From the NCBI RefSeq assembly GCF_000737315.1, contig NZ_JMCB01000005.1, forward strand, positions 310,001-374,000: DNA of 64,000 nucleotides. The letters run 5' to 3'. The notes under the pieces are model-generated. The model worked only from the letters and a program-made list of their open reading frames with translations, did no database searches and was not told the DNA's origin. Shown one piece after another: positions 59,595-64,000 of this stretch. Position numbers and translations under genes: made by a program. The stretch's first letter is position 1, and each line of letters opens with the position of its first letter. The stretch is from Hyalangium minutum. GTDB lineage: Bacteria; Myxococcota; Myxococcia; Myxococcales; Myxococcaceae.

Positions 59595-61662
59595 TCGGTT
59601 TCTGCAGCGTCTGCAGCGCGGCGGTTGCCTCATCCTGACCGCAGTTCTTCTCGCCGAGCGGCGCCGTCTCCTTGGGCTGCTCGGCGATTCTTTTGAGCGC
59701 GGGCACCGCGTCCTTGTCTCCCAGCGCTCCGAGCCTCCGCGCCGCCTTGGCCCGCACTTCGCAGTTCTCCAGGGCCAGCGCCGTCGAGTAGAGCTCCACC
59801 AGATCCAGCCCCTCCGTGTCCTGGGAGGCTTCGAGGTAGCGCAGCGCGCCCCACTGCTTCGAGGAGGCCGGGCCCTCCGCCAGCGTCTCGAAGTGGTCGT
59901 GCAGCCCGTCCTTCGGGAGTGAGCTCAGCAGCTTGCGCAGCGCCTTGTCGTTCTCGTCCGCGCCGAAGTCCTCCGCGAGCCCGTCGAGCGTCGGGTCCTC
60001 GAGGTCCTTCCGGTGGTCTGCGGGGAGGCCGAGCAGCACCTCGTGCTCATCGTCGTGCTTCTTCAGTGCGTGCAGGGCCAACGCACGCAGCTCGCGGACA
60101 GAGGGCTCCTTGCGATCCGATGCGGAGGCCGCGTCGATGCGCCGGATTGCCTCGGCGGGCTTGCCTGCCTCCAACAGCCGCCGGGCCTGCACCTCCGTGC
60201 TCCGCTCCCACAGCCAGATTCCCACGCCGCCCACGAGCAGGAGGCCCACGGTCAGGCCCAGTCCCCCGAGCCGGCCAGTCCGGCGGCGCAAGAGCACCGA
60301 AGGCTGCTGCTGCTGCGCGGGCTGCGGCGCGGATGTGACGGGAGCGGCTGTCTCGCTGCCAGTTGCCGCAGGTGGCAACGGGGAAGCAGGCGGGGGCACT
60401 CCGAAAACTGCTGTGTTGCTTCCGGTCTGAGGTGATGTCTGCGGTGCAGAAGCGGCGACGCCGAACGCCGCCGTGCTGCTGCTTGTGGGCGGCGGGGGAG
60501 AATCCCAGGGAACAGCGGGGCTCGCAGTGGCTGCTCCGCTCGAGGGGGAGTTGCTCGGAGCGTGCTCCCGTTGCCAGGGAACCGAGAAGGTGGGGGCGCC
60601 TTGAGGCAGTGGCGGCGCTGCGGTCGGCGATGGAGAGACTGCGAGATCCGAAGCCAGACCGAAGACGGCTGTGCCACTCCCCGTGGGGGGGAGGGGACCC
60701 GGGGACGGACTGGGTCCGGGCGACGTGGCTCCGAAGGCCGCCGTGCCGCTGGGGACAGGAACTGGAGCGCCCCCGCTGGACAGCTCCGTGCCAGGCGGTG
60801 TGAGGGCCGGGAGCGGACCGGAAGCGATGGCAGCCAGGGCCTCTGCCAGCGCGTGCGCGTTCTGGAACCGGTTCTCCGGATTCTTCTCCAGCAGCCGCAT
60901 CACCAGCGCCACCAGCGGGCGGTGCGAGGCCAGCCACGGTGCGGCCTGCTCCAACGGCAGCGGCGCCACGTTGGCATGCTGCGCGATGTACTTGCGCGCA
61001 TCCGGCCCATGGAACGGGAGCCGCCCAGACAGGATGCGGTACGCCACCACTCCGAAACAGTAGAGGTCGCTGCGCGCATCCACCCGGGCCCCGATGGCCT
61101 GCTCGGGGGACAGGTACTCGGGAGTGCCCAGCACCACGCCCACCTGGCTCACGGCACTGTCGGCGTCCGGCTCGACGAGCCGCGCGATGCCGAAGTCCAG
61201 CAGCCGGGCATGCTCGCCTCGGGCGGTAGGGGAGAGGAAGACGTTCTCCGGCTTGAGGTCCCGGTGGATGATTCCCTTGTCGTGGATGGCTGCCAGCCCC
61301 TCGGCCAGTTGGCGCAGCACCTGGAGCGCTCGTGAGGGGTCCAGAGGGCCGCTGCGGAGCAGCTCGAACAGGCTCTGCCCCTCCACCAGCTCCATCACCA
61401 GACAGGCCGAGTCATCCGTCTCGCCGAAGTCGATGATGCGCACCACCGCCGGGTGCTCCACCGCCGAGAGCAGGCGGGCCTCACGCTTGAAGCGCTCCAG
61501 CATGCCGTGCTGCTTGTGCAGATCATGGTGGAGCACCTTGATCGCCACCTTGCGATCCAAGGAGACCTGCTCGCCAAGGTACACCTCGCCCATGCCGCCG
61601 GAGCCAATGGGCCGGAGGACCCGGAAGCGGCCTTCGAGGACCAGGGAGCCGGGGGAGAGCAC
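59590..61662 (-). CDS. Membrane-spanning Ser/Thr protein kinase with C-terminal helical-repeat domain
   Basis: IGSGGMGEVY, VAIK, IHRDLKPEN, DFG, GTPEYLSPE; Pro/Ser/Thr linker, TM helix, HEAT-like tail. Confidence 0.95.
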   Translation of the reverse strand: MLSPGSLVLEGRFRVLRPIGSGGMGEVYLGEQVSLDRKVAIKVLHHDLHKQHGMLERFKREARLLSAVEHPAVVRIIDFGETDDSACLVMELVEGQSLFELLRSGPLDPSRALQVLRQLAEGLAAIHDKGIIHRDLKPENVFLSPTARGEHARLLDFGIARLVEPDADSAVSQVGVVLGTPEYLSPEQAIGARVDARSDLYCFGVVAYRILSGRLPFHGPDARKYIAQHANVAPLPLEQAAPWLASHRPLVALVMRLLEKNPENRFQNAHALAEALAAIASGPLPALTPPGTELSSGGAPVPVPSGTAAFGATSPGPSPSPGPLPPTGSGTAVFGLASDLAVSPSPTAAPPLPQGAPTFSVPWQREHAPSNSPSSGAATASPAVPWDSPPPPTSSSTAAFGVAASAPQTSPQTGSNTAVFGVPPPASPLPPAATGSETAAPVTSAPQPAQQQQPSVLLRRRTGRLGGLGLTVGLLLVGGVGIWLWERSTEVQARRLLEAGKPAEAIRRIDAASASDRKEPSVRELRALALHALKKHDDEHEVLLGLPADHRKDLEDPTLDGLAEDFGADENDKALRKLLSSLPKDGLHDHFETLAEGPASSKQWGALRYLEASQDTEGLDLVELYSTALALENCEVRAKAARRLGALGDKDAVPALKRIAEQPKETAPLGEKNCGQDEATAALQTLQKPN

Positions 61663-61783
61663 CGCTGCCCATCTTGTCCGAGTTTCGTGCGCCGCGCGAT
61701 GTCTCGCTGTCTGCTCCTCGGCCGGGGGAACGGTAAAAATTTCGAGGGCTTAGCCACCGTGGTACCCTCTGCCCCTCACCCCG

Positions 61784-64000
61784 ATGGCCACCGAAAGCGA
61801 CTCCCCCAAGCCCGCGCCCGACTCGGGCGCCGCCGCCCCCGAGCTCCGGCTGCTGGACCGGCGCGCGTTCGTCGGCTTCCCGCCGCTGCCGCTCGCGCCG
61901 GGCCTCACCATCGCGGACTTCGCGCTACAGATTCCGGACGTCACCTTCCCCTTCAACGTCAGTGCGGGGCCGTCTCGCTACCAGCGCAAGAAGCTCAACT
62001 TCGGCTTCCTGGAGCTGACCGTCGACGCCGACCTGGTGGCGCGGAAGATCGGGGAGCTGGCCGGGCGGCTCGCGGGCATCGAGGACCTGAAGCTCCACTT
62101 CCGCCCCGGCTACGTGGAGGGCCAGGCCCGGTTGCAGGGCCCGGAGCGTACCCCCATCACCTTCAAGGTGGCCTTCGATGGGGATGGCGAGAAGCTCGCC
62201 CTCTACATCTATGACGTGCGGCTGTATGGGTTCTCGCCCACGGCCTCGGTGCAGGTGCCCGGCATCATTGCCTCGGCCGTCTCGGCGCTGGGGCTGCTGC
62301 CGGAGATGGAGGTGCAGGGCGCCACGGGCTTCACCACCCGCGTGCTGCCCGAGCTGTGCCGCCTGGCGTCGGTGACGCGCGGCTTCAAGATGCCCGAGCT
62401 GGACAACGCGCGCCTGTCCGCCGCGGAGGTGTCCAGCAAGGGCCTGCGCCTGCGCTTTGCCTCCGGGGGGCTGCCGCCTCCCTCGGCCCCAGATGATGAG
62501 CTGCTGATGACGCTGGAAGGCGCTCGGGCCTTCGCCGAGCCCGAGGCGCTCATTGCCCAGGGCCGGCTTGCCGATGCTCGCGAGGCCTATCTTCAGAGCG
62601 GAGATGCGCAGGATGCGCACCCGTTCGCCGCCGAGCGGCTGCTGTCGCTGCTCGTCGCGGATCCTCAGGCGCACGATCTCGCGCTCGATGTGGCGGCTTC
62701 CCTGCTGCGCCGCCGGGACAAGAGCCCTGCCGCCCTCTGGGGTGAGGCCGTGGTGCGTGAGCGCCGGGGCGAGGGAGCCCGTGCCGCCGAGCGCTATCTG
62801 GCTCTGAGCGCCCTCTCGCGCCGCACCTCCGAGGAGGCTGCGGCCTTCTTCGCCGCCGAGGCCGCTGCCCGCTGCTCGCGCGACACCGCGCCCGCCGTGG
62901 CGGTGAAGGCGCTCCATGAGCTGCTGGGCCTCCGGCCCGACCACCTGCCTTCGCTCAAAGCCCTGGCTCGCGCCTCGGACCAGGCGAAGGACCGGGCCGG
63001 CGCCGTGCGCGCTTATCGCCGCCTCGCCGCGCTGACGCGAGACCCGGCTGAGGCCGCGGATGCCCACGTCCACCTGGCCCAGCTGTGCGCCCAGACCGAG
63101 GACGATATCGCTGGTGCCCGGCTGCATTGCGAGGCCGCGCTGCGGCTCGCTCCGGACCAGCCGGATGCGCTGCTGTTGCTCGGCGAGCTGTGCCACCGCG
63201 ACGGCGAGCACCTGCGCGCCCTCAAGGCGCTGGACCGGCTGCGCGAGGTGGCCCTGGCCCGCCATGAGCTCGACCGCGTGGGGCAGGCCAACCTGCTCGC
63301 GGGCCGGGTGTGGGAAGAGGGCCTCAAGCAGCTCGACAACGCGCTGCTGCGCTACCGCGAGGCCGTCACGCTGATGCCCGGCTCTCCCGAGCCGCTCTTC
63401 GCCGCCGGCCGTGTGGCCGAGGGCCTGGGCAAGGTGCAGGAAGCGCTCGCGGATTATCAGCAGGCCCTGGAGCTGGCGGGCCCCGCGCCGCGCTCGGAGT
63501 CCGTGCGCAAGGCCGCGCATTCCAGCCACCACGCCATGGCGCGGCTGGCTCGCACGAAGCTGGGAGACCCGGCGCGCGCCCGCGACCACCTGGAGGCCGC
63601 ACTCGCTCTCGAGCCGCGCGACTTGACCGCTCTCGAGGAGCTGATTCCGTACTTCCGTGCCACCGGCCGTGCGCTGGAGCTGGCGGAGGCACTGGAGAAG
63701 GCCGCCGCTGTCTACGAGGAGCCCGTCAAGCGCGCCAACCTGTGGGCCGAGGCCGGTGAGCTGTATCGCGGACGGCTCCAGCAGCCCGAAAAGGCCGAGC
63801 GCCTCCTTCTCTCCGCCATCGAGGCGGACCCTGACAACAAGCCCGCCCTGGAGGCCATGCTCGCCCTGGCCGAGGCCCGGCGTGATGGCGGCCTGCTCAC
63901 CCGCTGCCTCTCCGCGCTCGCGCGCCTGACGCCCGAGCCCAAGGAGCGCGCCCAGAAGTACCGCCGCCTCGCGGTGGCCGCGCGCGATCTCACCTTTGAT
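61784..64000 (+). CDS. Large tetratricopeptide-repeat protein (5' part; runs off the window)
   Basis: Hand-translated from ATG 61784 (MATESDSPKP...); the start and end I translated are in one frame and the protein runs to the edge; N-terminal beta-rich domain, then TPR-like repeats (e.g. EAALRLAPDQPDALLLLGEL). Confidence 0.85.
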   Translation, partial: MATESDSPKPAPDSGAAAPELRLLDRRAFVGFPPLPLAPGLTIADFALQIPDVTFPFNVSAGPSRYQRKKLNFGFLELTVDADLVARKIGELAGRLAGIEDLKLHFRPGYVEGQARLQGPERTPITFKVAFDGDGEKLALYIYDVRLYGFSPTASVQVPGIIASAVSALGLLPEMEVQGATGFTTRVLPELCRLASVTRGFKMPELDNARLSAAEVSSKGLRLRFASGGLPPPSAPDDELLMTLEGARAFAEPEALIAQGRLADAREAYLQSGDAQDAHPFAAERLLSLLVADPQAHDLALDVAASLLRRRDKSPAALWGEAVVRERRGEGARAAERYLALSALSRRTSEEAAAFFAAEAAARCSRDTAPAVAVKALHELLGLRPDHLPSLKALARASDQAKDRAGAVRAYRRLAALTRDPAEAADAHVHLAQLCAQTEDDIAGARLHCEAALRLAPDQPDALLLLGELCHRDGEHLRALKALDRLREVALARHELDRVGQANLLAGRVWEEGLKQLDNALLRYREAVTLMPGSPEPLFAAGRVAEGLGKVQEALADYQQALELAGPAPRSESVRKAAHSSHHAMARLARTKLGDPARARDHLEAALALEPRDLTALEELIPYFRATGRALELAEALEKAAAVYEEPVKRANLWAEAGELYRGRLQQPEKAERLLLSAIEADPDNKPALEAMLALAEARRDGGLLTRCLSALARLTPEPKERAQKYRRLAVAARDLTFD

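Overview
High-GC bacterial DNA whose gene content (DUF2378 paralogue, MYXO-CTERM-like sorting signal, lipoprotein toxin/SMI1 pair, Ser/Thr kinase, Uma2) points to a myxobacterium, probably Myxococcales/Cystobacterineae. Housekeeping and typical accessory genes: MCP, astA, PLP decarboxylase, aceA/aceB, fumC, clpP, nth, argC/argB, cardiolipin synthase, acyl-CoA oxidase/dehydrogenase and a minor-pilin cluster. The notable part is a defence hotspot at about 19.1-35.9 kb with three elements. (1) A decayed GIY-YIG/DUF4357 gene. (2) An apparently complete retron locus: WGR+beta-propeller, WGR+HEAT/ARM and wHTH+SWIM genes, then a 280-nt msr/msd ncRNA read directly from the sequence (about 35-bp a1/a2 inverted repeat, candidate branching G, about 100-nt msd hairpin), then a retron RT with a long charged N-terminal extension and a small membrane ORF. 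(3) A compositionally foreign island of about 7.1 kb, bounded by a 42-bp direct repeat, encoding Vsr, a C5 DNA methyltransferase, a Z1 helicase-like protein, a DUF4420-like nuclease and a protein with four SAP-like motifs. A SitAI-like lipoprotein toxin/immunity pair lies at 44.6-47.0 kb. I saw no tRNA, rRNA or CRISPR array. All family assignments come from motif recognition by eye; no database searches were run.
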